64,000 nt of DNA from an uncultured Eubacteriales bacterium (GCA_964449165.1 CAYVAT010000013.1:407-64406), one strand, 5' to 3'; numbered from the stretch's first letter, positions 27,054 through 36,775 are shown. Notes: generated by a model from the sequence alone, not told the origin. Translations and numbers: made by a program.

Positions 27054-27746
27054 ATGAGAAGAAAAATTCCAATCATTCTTGGATTAGCTTTTCTCATGTT
27101 CATCATGCAAACCTGCAAGCATAATCCAGAAGAGGGCCTTCTAAAAAGATATTTTCATGCTGTTTCTTTGAATGATTTAACAACCATGTCCACCATGGCA
27201 CTGGAGCCACTGACATTGGATGTTAAGAGTTGGAATATTACCAGCGTCAGCGAAGAAGTTATTGAGCCTGCATCGCTTCCAGAGCTGAATAAGAAGGAAT
27301 TGGAATTTAAGAAGAAATTGGAGGATCATGTAGGAGTCACCCTCGATGCAAGAGATGCTTTGGATGATGCTGAGTTTGAGCGGGAAAATGCCCGGACGAG
27401 AGCGGCGAGGAATGCAGCCCGGGCAAAGGTAAACGAACTCCAGACCAAGTATGATGAAATATATGAAGAACACAAAGAGCTTCAGAAGCAATACAACGAA
27501 TCCAAAGCTGCTGCGGCCAGAGAGGAAGAAATAACTCTCTTTTCCCTGGGTGCGGGAGAGCTTCCCAATGTCAGAGATTTAACAGGTAATATCCATTCCA
27601 AAGAGGTCGATGTGAAGATTGTGAGCAAGGATGGAGAAGAAAAGACCTATAAATTTTATTTGAGAAGATACGACTTAAGAGACGAAGCCATGGGCCTCGA
27701 TCGCAAGGGAAGATGGGTCATCATCCAATTCGAGCCCGTGGGCTGA
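27054..27746 (+). CDS. Hypothetical secreted or lipoprotein with a coiled-coil region
   Basis: N-terminal signal-like IPIILGLAFLMFIMQTC, a charged coiled-coil middle, and a strong RBS AAGGAGGAAG. Confidence 0.5.
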   Translation: MRRKIPIILGLAFLMFIMQTCKHNPEEGLLKRYFHAVSLNDLTTMSTMALEPLTLDVKSWNITSVSEEVIEPASLPELNKKELEFKKKLEDHVGVTLDARDALDDAEFERENARTRAARNAARAKVNELQTKYDEIYEEHKELQKQYNESKAAAAREEEITLFSLGAGELPNVRDLTGNIHSKEVDVKIVSKDGEEKTYKFYLRRYDLRDEAMGLDRKGRWVIIQFEPVG

Positions 27747-27747
27747 T

Positions 27748-27778
27748 ATTGACTTTTTTTCTGTATACTTATAATTAT
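27748..27778 (+). promoter_or_regulatory. Sigma-70-like promoter for the tRNA pair (TTGACT-N~16-TATAAT)
   Basis: A near-consensus -35 and perfect -10 sit about 14 nt upstream of tRNA-Lys. Coordinates are approximate, within ±2 nt. Confidence 0.5.
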
Positions 27779-27789
27779 TTTTTCCTTTC

Positions 27790-27864
27790 GGGCCGTTAGC
27801 TCAGAGGGAGAGCACCGGCCTTTTAAGCCGGGTGTCGCTGGTTCGAGTCCAGCACGGCTCACCA
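27790..27864 (+). tRNA. tRNA-Lys (anticodon UUU)
   Basis: GGGCCGTTAGCTCAGAGGGAGAGCACCGGCCTTTTAAGCCGG...GGTTCGAGTCCAGCACGGCTCACCA is a cloverleaf with anticodon loop CTTTTAA and an encoded CCA. Confidence 0.85.
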
Positions 27865-27874
27865 CGTCATGAAC

Positions 27875-27949
27875 GCCCCTGTCGTCTAGCTTGGTCTAGG
27901 ACATCGCCCTTTCAAGGCGGCAACACGGGTTCAAATCCCGTCGGGGGCG
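27875..27949 (+). tRNA. tRNA-Glu (anticodon UUC)
   Basis: GCCCCTGTCGTCTAGCTTGGTCTAGGACATCGCCCTTTCAAGGCGG...GGGTTCAAATCCCGTCGGGGGCG with anticodon loop CTTTCAA, followed by a T-run. Confidence 0.85.
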
Positions 27950-28054
27950 TTTTTCTATAGAGTTGCCAATGATGGGCAATGTCCATATAATCATATTTGA
28001 TTATATCCACTATCATGAGTAAGCTTGACCCGATTATGATGGCTTATCCTGAGG

Positions 28055-28702
28055 TTGATTGAGAGAGGAAAGTTGGCCAAAAAAATTCTTTTCATCATTT
28101 TGATGCTAACCGTTTTGTCTGGTCTCTATGCGGACGGATTCAAGCTTATGGTGGGATTGAATCTTTTAAAGTATTCAGCCAAGGCTAGTGAGGGCACTTT
28201 CCGATGGAGCCAAAAATTGGGATTGTGCGTGGGCGGTGGGTTCGAGTTTGATCTGTCCGAGAGTCAGAAGATTGCTATTGAGATTGATGGATTCATCGTG
28301 CAGAAGAAGGGGACCCGGATTGAGGAAGGCGAGCCCACAAATGGAGAATTGACCTTCAGCATGAGCACTCTTCGTATCCCCCTTCTCGTTCGGTTCAAAC
28401 CCAAAGCTTCCTTACCTCTTTATGTGCTAGGCGGGAGTGAATTTTCGCTTGTTTTATCTCATTCGTTTGAGAGAAGGATCGGAGAAAGCAAGCAGCAAGG
28501 GGATATAAAGGAGTTGACAAGAGGATCAGATCTGGGGATTGTTTTGGGTTGCGGTGTTGAGGTAAGAATGAAAGAATTCCAGAACCTTTTTGTGGAGATG
28601 CGATTCCATTATGGCTCGTTGAATATGAATGGAGATTATGAGGAATTTTCTTCTTTAAGAACTCATGTTCTTCTCTTAATTGTGGGTATCAAGGCCTTTT
28701 GA
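28055..28702 (+). CDS. Outer-membrane beta-barrel protein (OmpA-like/OMP_b-brl family)
   Basis: Signal peptide ...LSGLYA/DG, then alternating amphipathic beta-strand pattern, ending in an aromatic residue (...GIKAF). Confidence 0.55.
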   Translation: MIERGKLAKKILFIILMLTVLSGLYADGFKLMVGLNLLKYSAKASEGTFRWSQKLGLCVGGGFEFDLSESQKIAIEIDGFIVQKKGTRIEEGEPTNGELTFSMSTLRIPLLVRFKPKASLPLYVLGGSEFSLVLSHSFERRIGESKQQGDIKELTRGSDLGIVLGCGVEVRMKEFQNLFVEMRFHYGSLNMNGDYEEFSSLRTHVLLLIVGIKAF

Positions 28703-28734
28703 GGAGTTGAGTCCATCGGCCAGCCGGGTATGGG

Positions 28735-29358
28735 ATGAGAATCAGGAAAAAACCAATCAATCTGGCTATCCGGCTTCTTTTATGGACTGTGGTTATTTTC
28801 CCCCTCTATGCTGATTTTAAGATAATGGGAGGAATGAACATCTCCTGGTATGATGTCTCGCCTGAGTCAGCAAATATCCAGTGGGATTATAAAAGAGGAT
28901 TTTCGGCTGGAATCGGACTGGAAAAAATTTTGAATCCATTCATGCTGCTGGAACTGGATATTCTCTACTTCCAGAAAGGAAGTCGATCTGAATCGTCTTA
29001 TTTCCAAGACTCAGAGGCAAAATACAAGCTGAATGTCCTCAGTCTTCCCATTCTCTTCAGAAGCAAGTTTCTGTATAACTCCTCGCCTTATGTTGTGGGA
29101 GGAATTGAATTCTCCTCAATACTCTCCCATGAATTTGTCACCGGAGGAGAGGAGCCAGTGGATCTTAAGAATGATACCCGCAGCTTTGATTTCGGGTTTG
29201 TGTTCGGATGTGGTTTTGAGATCAAGATAGAGGATCGCCTGTTTTTTTTCGTCGAAGGGAGATACCACCTCGGATTCAGAAACATAGTGGCTAACCCTTT
29301 TTTGGAAGAAACCAAGAAAACCAGAGCTATCTTGATCCTCATCGGCCTCCGTTCTTGA
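28735..29358 (+). CDS. Outer-membrane beta-barrel protein, tandem paralog
   Basis: Signal peptide ...IFPLYA/DF. Motifs shared with the upstream gene: LYAD(G)FK(L/I)M(V)G(L/M)N, GCG(V/F)E. Confidence 0.55.
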   Translation: MRIRKKPINLAIRLLLWTVVIFPLYADFKIMGGMNISWYDVSPESANIQWDYKRGFSAGIGLEKILNPFMLLELDILYFQKGSRSESSYFQDSEAKYKLNVLSLPILFRSKFLYNSSPYVVGGIEFSSILSHEFVTGGEEPVDLKNDTRSFDFGFVFGCGFEIKIEDRLFFFVEGRYHLGFRNIVANPFLEETKKTRAILILIGLRS

Positions 29359-29424
29359 GTTTAGGGAATATCAAGGTTCATCATATCAAGGAATAAACTG
29401 AAAAATGTATGTTAGGTAGTGAGG

Positions 29425-29496
29425 CCGCGGTTCCCCTCCATCCTTGCCAAGACCCTCCCACCCTCCACCATGGGCTTCGGATGGACAGCAACCGCT
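29425..29496. repeat. Copy 1 of a ~72-nt structured repeat (hairpin with a C-rich loop), downstream of the GH38 gene
   Basis: GCGGTTCCCCTCCATCCTTGCCAAGACCCTCCCACCCTCCACCATGGGCTTCGGATGGACAGCAACCGC is about 90% identical to 33026-33102. Nested inverted repeats: GCGGTT/AACCGC and TCCATCC/GGATGGA. Confidence 0.6.
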
Positions 29497-29565
29497 GCTG
29501 GGATTGATTATATTCCTTATTATTAGCTGCCAAGGAAATGGCTTCCTTGGTAATTTTTATAGGCT

Positions 29566-32500
29566 CTAAAATACGACTTCGATGGTCTTGATTTCCGATT
29601 TTCCAAATTTGAGGGTTAGAGCATTTTTTTCCCAAGAGAGAGCTTGCTGCCGGTTTTCCATAAGATCCAGTTCGAAAATTTTCTTCGGAGATCGGAAGAA
29701 TTCAACCTGAGCTTGGGTGGGTGTTCCTTCTGCTTCATAAAGCCTGAGGATAAGACTTTCTCTGTCTTCTGCCTTCTTCACGGTCACCAGGATGATGTTT
29801 GAGGGAGATGCTTTAATGAAAGAATGCGAAGGTGGGAGTTCGCCGGAGTGAGAATCAACGAAGAGGGCTATCAGAGGGTAGTTAAATTCATAGCCCCTCT
29901 GGACTGTATCAGCCTTCCGCCAGTCGCCTTGATGGGGATAGAGAGCATAAGAGAAGCGATGTTTTCCCATGTCGGCCATGGGATCAGGCCACTTCGGAGA
30001 GCGCAGAAGGGTGAGTCTGATGACATTGTCTTTGATATCGTGGCCATATTTAGAATCATTGAGAAGGCTGACTCCGTAATTTTCGCTTGAGAGATCTGCC
30101 CAGCGGATGGCAGAGACTTCGAAGCGCGCTTTTTCCCAATCTGAGTTGCGGGAGGCGGGTCTTTGGACAGAAGCGAAAGGAATCTCATAAGTAGCCCAGT
30201 TGCTTCTGACATCGACTGGGAAAGCCACTTTGAGGAGGATGTGATCCTCCCACCAATCGGCCTTCATGTGGATGTCGATCCGGGGCAGATTTTCGTAGAG
30301 GACGATCTCCTGAGAAAAGAAAGAAGAGGGGAAGTCAGGAGTCGGTCCCCGGCGGGCCTTGGAAAGACCCAGAAAATGTTTCTCCACTTCCAGGGAGGCC
30401 AGGGCTGGCCCGTCATGGACGATTCTGATACCATCGGCTTTATCCAGCTTCCAGCTACGCCCAGTATAACCGATGTTCCATGCATCCCATCGGTCGGGCT
30501 TATCTTCAAAGAGCTGGAGTTCATTTCCGCAAGCTTCTGATGAGAGGACTTCTTTTTTCGCCAGCTTGTCGAATATGCTGATAATGTTTCCTGTTTCTGG
30601 ATGGAGATGGATGGAGAAATAACGATTTTCTAAGGATGTCTTGTTCACTTTCAAGGAACTCTCGTAGGAAGAACTCTTTCCTTCCTGGATGGTGAAGACC
30701 TTGTATCCCAGAGAGGGAATATTTCTGGCGATGAAGCAGAGAAATTTTCCTTTGTGAGAAGAAAGTACCTGGGAGGGGATTACTTCTCCCTGGTCATCGA
30801 AAACCAAGGCTCCGGCTTGCAAGGAGTCCGGCATTTTCACTTTGACTATTCCATCCCTTGCCCATGAGAGAGAGTTGAAGACGAGAAGCGGTGTTCCTTT
30901 ATTTTCTCTTGCTGTATTTATTCTCTGGGCGAGATGAAGAAGGCTTTCGTGGAGGATTGTGTTAAGAGTGCGGTAGGCTTCCAGATAGGATTCTCTAGCG
31001 TCTCTGTAGACAGGAGTAATGCTTGAGCCGGGGAGGATGTCGTGGAATTGATTCATCAAGACCTTTTCCCAGGCCTCCTTGAGTCCAGCTTGGTCGTATT
31101 CCTTGCCGAAAAGAGATGATATGGAGGCCAGTTTTTCCGTGTGGGAAAGAAGAACCTCAGATTTTCTGTTGAATTTTTTTGTTTCAGATTGGGTGGTATA
31201 GGTTCCTCGGTGGTACTCCAGATAAAGCTCATCCTTCCATACAGGAAGTGCCTCCAGATTTTTTTTGGGAAGTCCGTTCAAATATTTGGAAGCTCCGAGA
31301 TGTTTTACCTTGGGAAATATGGTCTGCTCTTTGTATTCTGTAAGACGATCGAGCATCTGGCGGTTGGGCCCCCCGCCGTGATTTCCAAGCCCGTAAAGGA
31401 TCAGGACATTCCTCAATCCTGTATTTTTTTCAAACTGTTTGAGGCCGACTGACATCCTTTCTGCCATCAGCTGGCCTACGTAGCCTGTCGGCGGGAAATA
31501 AGTCAGGATTCGCGACCCGTCCGGGCCTTCCCACCAGAAGAGGAAATAGGGGAAGAGGGTGGTGTCGTTCCAGCTTATTTTTTGGGTAATGAAGGCATCG
31601 ATACCACTCTTCTTGAAGAATTGGGGCATATTCCAGTTATAGCCGAATGAATCGGGATTCCAGCCAAGTTGCACATCGACTCCGAATTTTTGCTGGAAAT
31701 ACCTTTTCCCGTAGAGAATCTGCCGAATGAAGGACTCTCCATCTATGAGGTTGCAATCCGGCTCAACCCACATGCCTCCCACTATTTCCCAGCGGCCTTC
31801 CCGAACTTTCTTCTTGATGCGCTCAAAGACTTGAGGGTAATATTCTTCCATCCACTTGTAGGCTTGGGCCTGGCTCTGGGCATAGATAATATCAGGGTAT
31901 TCCTCCATGTTGTCCAAAATGGCAGAGAAAGTTTCTTTGGCAACCTCCACAGTCTCACGCCACCGCCACAACCAGGCCAGGTCGATATGAGAGTTTCCCA
32001 CAACAGCGATTTCATATTTATTTGAAAATTGTGAAACAGGTTTTGTTTGTTGGTAGAATTTAAGGAGAGAAGCCTTTGCTTCTGAAAGGTCGCCCTGTCG
32101 GAGGGCTTCCAGATCGAAGGTCATGACAGCCTTCTGGAACCTTTGTCTCAGGTTCTGAAATTCCTTTGAATCGATGAGGCGGGTGTACTGCTCAGAGAGA
32201 GGTCTATCACCTCTGCGGTCTGGACTCTTTTGAGCTTGCATATCGAGAAGGATGGCTCCGATTTTAAGATCCAGCAAGAACCGTGAGAGCCATTGAAAAG
32301 GCTCTTGGGCATTCTTGACAAGAAATCGGGCTTCTTGAAGTTGAAGGAATGTACCTGGTTCAGCTTCTTTTCTTTTGATCAGAGGCAAAAAGCCGGTGTT
32401 TTCGAAGTGGAAAGCCAGAAGCATCCTTTCTCCGGGTTTCGCCTTTTGGGTAAGGACAAAGGCTTTTTGGATTTCTTCGACTTGGTTTCCGAATTCGAGC

Positions 32501-32883
32501 TGGAAGCTCTCCTTGAGCTGCTCATTTTGGAAGAACTTGCCTTTGACCACCCCTATACCCCGAAAGAGGCAGGAAAGGATGATTTCGCTTCCTTGGGTTG
32601 AGACTCCGGAGAAGACGTCTGGTACCTCGAAGCGATGGCGCATCCAGAAGGCTTTGTCGCGGACTGTGGATCCTGTTCTTATCGACTGCCATGAAGCATC
32701 TTCAGTGCTAACCTTTTCTGCATCAGGGATATCTTGGATTGTCATTTTCCAGAAGGAAAGAGAATTATCCAGCAGCTTTTCTATCTCATCGATGCGATTT
32801 TGAAGAGTGTTCTGTCCGAAACCAAGGATGGTCACAGATAGAATAAAAACCAATAGAAAGTGCTTTGTCTTGAAGAATCTCAT
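29566..32883 (-). CDS. Secreted GH38-family alpha-mannosidase
   Basis: HIDLAWLW...GGMWVEPDCNL...LGWNPDSFGYN...HRGTYT are GH38 N-terminal catalytic motifs. Signal peptide MRFFKTKHFLLVFILSVTILGF. Start chosen at ATG 32883 behind AGGGGAG; the ORF-track Met at 32937 is the alternative. Confidence 0.8.
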   Translation of the reverse strand: MRFFKTKHFLLVFILSVTILGFGQNTLQNRIDEIEKLLDNSLSFWKMTIQDIPDAEKVSTEDASWQSIRTGSTVRDKAFWMRHRFEVPDVFSGVSTQGSEIILSCLFRGIGVVKGKFFQNEQLKESFQLEFGNQVEEIQKAFVLTQKAKPGERMLLAFHFENTGFLPLIKRKEAEPGTFLQLQEARFLVKNAQEPFQWLSRFLLDLKIGAILLDMQAQKSPDRRGDRPLSEQYTRLIDSKEFQNLRQRFQKAVMTFDLEALRQGDLSEAKASLLKFYQQTKPVSQFSNKYEIAVVGNSHIDLAWLWRWRETVEVAKETFSAILDNMEEYPDIIYAQSQAQAYKWMEEYYPQVFERIKKKVREGRWEIVGGMWVEPDCNLIDGESFIRQILYGKRYFQQKFGVDVQLGWNPDSFGYNWNMPQFFKKSGIDAFITQKISWNDTTLFPYFLFWWEGPDGSRILTYFPPTGYVGQLMAERMSVGLKQFEKNTGLRNVLILYGLGNHGGGPNRQMLDRLTEYKEQTIFPKVKHLGASKYLNGLPKKNLEALPVWKDELYLEYHRGTYTTQSETKKFNRKSEVLLSHTEKLASISSLFGKEYDQAGLKEAWEKVLMNQFHDILPGSSITPVYRDARESYLEAYRTLNTILHESLLHLAQRINTARENKGTPLLVFNSLSWARDGIVKVKMPDSLQAGALVFDDQGEVIPSQVLSSHKGKFLCFIARNIPSLGYKVFTIQEGKSSSYESSLKVNKTSLENRYFSIHLHPETGNIISIFDKLAKKEVLSSEACGNELQLFEDKPDRWDAWNIGYTGRSWKLDKADGIRIVHDGPALASLEVEKHFLGLSKARRGPTPDFPSSFFSQEIVLYENLPRIDIHMKADWWEDHILLKVAFPVDVRSNWATYEIPFASVQRPASRNSDWEKARFEVSAIRWADLSSENYGVSLLNDSKYGHDIKDNVIRLTLLRSPKWPDPMADMGKHRFSYALYPHQGDWRKADTVQRGYEFNYPLIALFVDSHSGELPPSHSFIKASPSNIILVTVKKAEDRESLILRLYEAEGTPTQAQVEFFRSPKKIFELDLMENRQQALSWEKNALTLKFGKSEIKTIEVVF

Positions 32884-33025
32884 TTTCTCCCCTCTTATTT
32901 CTTGGATTGTGTATATCTGATGGACATTTGAGCGCAAAAATCTTATCAGTTAAATGATGCAAGGTCAACAAGAATTAGGGGCGGTCCTCACGGGAAGAAT
33001 CTCCATTTCAGTCGTAGCTAATAAA

Positions 33026-33102
33026 GGTGTCGGTTCCTATCCATCCTTGCCAAGACCCTCCCACCCACCACTATGGGCTTCGAATGGACAGGAACCGACA
33101 CC
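33026..33102. repeat. Copy 2 of the ~75-nt structured repeat, upstream of the GH38 gene start
   Basis: GGTGTCGGTTCC...TATCCATCCTTGCCAAGACCCTCCCACCCACCACTATGGGCTTCGAATGGACA...GGAACCGACACC has a perfect 12-bp outer stem. The complementary strand carries GGTGGGTGGGAGGG. Confidence 0.6.
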
Positions 33103-33244
33103 TAATCCGAGCAGTCAAGCAAGCTGACTCGTCAGCCCGCGAATTTTCCCCAGCGAGGATGGAGAGGATCAGCTTTAGAGATTCAGGATTTTTTTCGACA
33201 TATCAGGCGGGGTTGCTGGATCTTTTCGATCTCAGGGAAAAATT

Positions 33245-33439
33245 TTAGGTTTTTTTCTTTTTTTTCCAGAGCCAGTAAATATACACTGCAGGCCACTGAT
33301 AAATGGCAAAGATGATGGGAGAAAGGATGAGCCAGTAGATGTTGAAATCCAGAACAAAAAGAAAAACAAAGGCTGTAACACCACCTAGGGAGGCTAAAAT
33401 GGAAGCAGCAAGAAGAGGCCAGCAGTGTATCTTTTTCAC
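33245..33439 (-). CDS. Small hypothetical membrane protein (2 predicted TM helices)
   Basis: 64 aa, hydrophobic with a K-rich C-terminus, GTG start and weak RBS; could be spurious. Confidence 0.25.
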   Translation of the reverse strand: MKKIHCWPLLAASILASLGGVTAFVFLFVLDFNIYWLILSPIIFAIYQWPAVYIYWLWKKKKKT

Positions 33440-33770
33440 ACTTCTTTTTTACTCTTAGAAACTGCGTATTGCAAGTGATTTAGGGAGAAGGCTGCTCGAG
33501 TCTTTCCTTATCTTTAAACTCGGTGGTTTGAAGGTTTCGGTTGATTTGTTTCTCTTTTCTGGATGTTGACCTTGCCTTTTTGGAATGTGATACTCTTATT
33601 TCTGGATGTCAGTGGATAGAAATTATAGAAAATTGAAATTCTTTAGGTGAATACACATGTCCTGAAAAGATTACAGTCTTGTATAGAGGAGACAGGTATA
33701 GGCTCTAATCAATTCTGGCATGAGATTTGCTGAAGGAATAAGCAAAGGTGACTCGAGCTGGAAAAATTGA

Positions 33771-35885
33771 TTGCAAATAAGGATGTTCATATTGAATAAA
33801 AAAAATTCCTTTATCATCCTCCTTCCCAGTTTTCTCATGATTCTTTATGGTTATGTATCGAATTCCGCTTATTCACAGGAAAAGAAAGATCAAGAAGTCA
33901 TGGAATATGAAGTGAGTGTTACTCTAAAACTGGTCCAGGTTTATGTCACGGACAGCGACGGCAAACCTGTGATAAATTTAGAAAAAGAAGATTTTGAGCT
34001 TTACGACAACGGAAAGCTCCAGTCCATCACAGATATTGAGAAACACACCCTCTTCATGCCCTCCGACAAGCCAAGGCCGCAACAAAAAGAAGAAATCCCA
34101 TCTCGCACTAATTTAAATCGTAAATTTTTTCTCTTCTTTGATTTTGCATTCAATTCTCCCAGAGGGATAAAAAACGCCAAGGAAGCAGCTCTCTATTTTA
34201 TTGATCATCAATTGGACCCATCTGATGAGGTTGGGGTTCTTTCTTATTCCATTACCAAGTATTTGACTGTTCATGAGAACTTAACGACCAATCACAAAAA
34301 AGTCAGGGAAGCTGTTGAAGGGTTGGGCATAAAAGGTATCTTGGGAAGAGCAGAAGACGTGGAGCAAAAATACTGGGAAATGGTAGGTGAAATCGATAGA
34401 AATCCTAATTTACCGGAGATTGAGAAAATAAGTTTAGAAAATGATTTTATTCAACTCAGCTATGATAGGATTTATTTCAAACAGCACGTGTCAAATTTTT
34501 CTAGAACAATGAAAGAATTAGGCCAAGCACTCAGCCATGTACAAGGACGTAAGAATATTCTTTATCTCTCAACCGGGATTCCCGGTTCAATATTTGAAGG
34601 TGGCGGAACAAAATCCCCATATCACTCACGGAAGTTAATCTTTAAGGGTGCTATTGCAGATACACACCTAAACGATAGATACGAAGAGATGATAAAGATT
34701 TTAGCCGCGTCGAACAGCTCTGTTTACCCTATATATGCAGAAGGAACAAGCATGGACTTAAATCAGAGATATGGCTTTCAGGATAAGGGTCAGCTTGGAA
34801 AATCTTCACTCCAGAGAATGGCTATAGGAACAGGAGGAAAGTATTTTGGCAACATCAACAGCTACGAGACATTCATGGAAGAGATTCAAAGTGCCACCAG
34901 CTCTTTTTATGTGCTGGGTTACTACATAGGGGAGAAATGGGATGGAAAATATCATAAAATAACAGTAAAAGTCAGGCGAAAAGGATGCAAAGTCCGCTCT
35001 CAAGCAGGATATTTCAATCCCAAGCCATTCAGCGAGCTATCTGAGTTCGAAAAGGAGTTAGATTTTATAGAATTGGCCCTGGAAGAAAGCTCACAATATC
35101 AGGCTCCTCTTAGTTTTCCTGTGGGAACCATCTCTTTTTCGGCTGAAAGAATATCTGGACTTGCTACCATATCTAAAATACCCGTTGAAATGGTTCGCGA
35201 GCTCTCCGGAAAAAAGGTTGAATTCGTTAATCTTATCTTCGATGAGAAGGACGATCTCTTTTCCTTCAAGGGTTGGAGAATAAATCTTGCTAAATTACCT
35301 CAAAATGACATTTTTTATTATTCTCTTGCCTCTCTTCCTCCCGGCAAATACACATCCCGCATTGTCATACGAAACACGAAAACGGGAAAATCAGCAGTGT
35401 CTTCTTCGCCGGTTATCATTCAAAGACCTCTAGATTCCGGCTTAAATCTCTCCTCTCCTCTGCTACTTGTGTCTGAAAAAAGTCCGGTCTATTTGAAAGG
35501 AGGTCTTATAGAGCAGGAGGATGAAGATAAAAAATCTATCGACCTGATAGACTTGTATTCCTGCAACCTCAAATTTTTTGCGCCTGTTGTGAAAGAAATA
35601 GAGCAAGGAATTCCAGAGCTTACAGCGGTGATTCGCAGTTACATTCCTCAAATCCAATATCCAGACATGAAGATTTCTCTTCGTGTGATGGATCAATCTT
35701 CAGGTGAAATCATGCCTATACCTTTTTCTATTCTTCGCCAAGATCCCAAGAATCATACTCAAATATCCTTTATCATTCTTGAAGTTCACTCCTTAAAACC
35801 AGGTAACTATATTATCTATTTCGATGCGGAAGAGACAAAGACTCGATGGAAATCCCAAGTCAGCACCACTTTTTCCATTAAATGA
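33771..35885 (+). CDS. Secreted von Willebrand factor A (VWA)-domain protein
   Basis: Signal peptide, then a VWA-like segment RKFFLFFDFAFNSPRGIKNAKEAALYFID...DEVGVLSYS that resembles the 'VWFA-related' domain common in Acidobacteria-like lineages. Confidence 0.55.
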   Translation: MQIRMFILNKKNSFIILLPSFLMILYGYVSNSAYSQEKKDQEVMEYEVSVTLKLVQVYVTDSDGKPVINLEKEDFELYDNGKLQSITDIEKHTLFMPSDKPRPQQKEEIPSRTNLNRKFFLFFDFAFNSPRGIKNAKEAALYFIDHQLDPSDEVGVLSYSITKYLTVHENLTTNHKKVREAVEGLGIKGILGRAEDVEQKYWEMVGEIDRNPNLPEIEKISLENDFIQLSYDRIYFKQHVSNFSRTMKELGQALSHVQGRKNILYLSTGIPGSIFEGGGTKSPYHSRKLIFKGAIADTHLNDRYEEMIKILAASNSSVYPIYAEGTSMDLNQRYGFQDKGQLGKSSLQRMAIGTGGKYFGNINSYETFMEEIQSATSSFYVLGYYIGEKWDGKYHKITVKVRRKGCKVRSQAGYFNPKPFSELSEFEKELDFIELALEESSQYQAPLSFPVGTISFSAERISGLATISKIPVEMVRELSGKKVEFVNLIFDEKDDLFSFKGWRINLAKLPQNDIFYYSLASLPPGKYTSRIVIRNTKTGKSAVSSSPVIIQRPLDSGLNLSSPLLLVSEKSPVYLKGGLIEQEDEDKKSIDLIDLYSCNLKFFAPVVKEIEQGIPELTAVIRSYIPQIQYPDMKISLRVMDQSSGEIMPIPFSILRQDPKNHTQISFIILEVHSLKPGNYIIYFDAEETKTRWKSQVSTTFSIK

Positions 35886-36142
35886 TTTGACCTGGCCTCT
35901 TCCGTTCCAGTCCGCAGCCGCTTCTTATGGCCGCTGAAGAAAGCACAAAATTTTTGGGCTGAGCCGAGACTAGTATGACGAAGAGCAGAGGCAAAAACAG
36001 GGTTGAAAGGCTCACAGGAATCTTCTTAAAGCATCCCCGCTTCTTCAGATTAGCAATTACACTTGCTATTTATGGCTTACATTTTCGAGAAATTATGGGA
36101 ACATAAGCGCCAAAAGAGAGTTATCCTTCTATGCTTGCCCGA

Positions 36143-36379
36143 TTACTCTTTTTCGATTAATTCGAGATTAAATCTTTTTTTCAGCTTCATTCCAGCAGCA
36201 CCGAGAATAACTCTGATAGCCTGGACATTTCTTCCCTGTTTTCCGATAATCTTACCCACATCTTCAGGAGCAACCTTTAATTCAATGATCGAGCTCTGCT
36301 CTCCGTCTAATTGGGAAACCTTAACCTTTTCTGGATTGTCCACTAATGACTTGGCAATCAATTCAACGATTTCTTTCAC
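36143..36379 (-). CDS. KH-domain RNA-binding protein (KhpA/YlqC-like)
   Basis: 78 aa; IIGKQGRNVQAIR is a GxxG KH motif, and LVDNPEKVKV is typical of this family. Confidence 0.75.
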   Translation of the reverse strand: MKEIVELIAKSLVDNPEKVKVSQLDGEQSSIIELKVAPEDVGKIIGKQGRNVQAIRVILGAAGMKLKKRFNLELIEKE

Positions 36380-36775
36380 TGTAACCTCCCTTAATACTTA
36401 AATTTTTTTCACTTTTGAGAATATCTTTCTCCTCATTCGTCTTTTCCAAGGACCGTCAATTCACATAAGCGTTCCTTAAAGCTCTGAAATTTTTTCTTTC
36501 ATTACTCTTTTTTGGAATTTAACAGCTGAACACAACTTCTCAAATTCAACTCAAGTTGCCTCTGCCTTGTATGGAAGGCCAATGATCGAGTGGCCTGACG
36601 TTTAACAAACAATCACGAGGCAGATTAGGTGCTTTTCAGGAGGGATTTTCCATTTTTTAACTGGAATGATAGGTGTATTTACGGATTTGTAGAGGCAAAT
36701 GAGCTGGTCAAGCAACCCTCATATATGCTTTGATGTGGAATTCGGCTATGATCTTGAATCTCTGAGTGCCTCTTG

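Noticed and set aside
29381-29635. Track ORFs 29381-29635 (minus) and 33027-33248 (plus) overlapping the hairpin repeats.
   Set aside because: The translations are Pro/Ser/Trp-rich and low-complexity, and they are produced by the C/G-rich repeat itself. The repeat with its secondary structure is the better explanation.
33540-33615. Short direct repeat TTTCTGGATGT occurring twice upstream of the VWA gene.
   Set aside because: It is only 11 nt with 2 copies and no further structure. It is probably coincidental or a minor regulator site.
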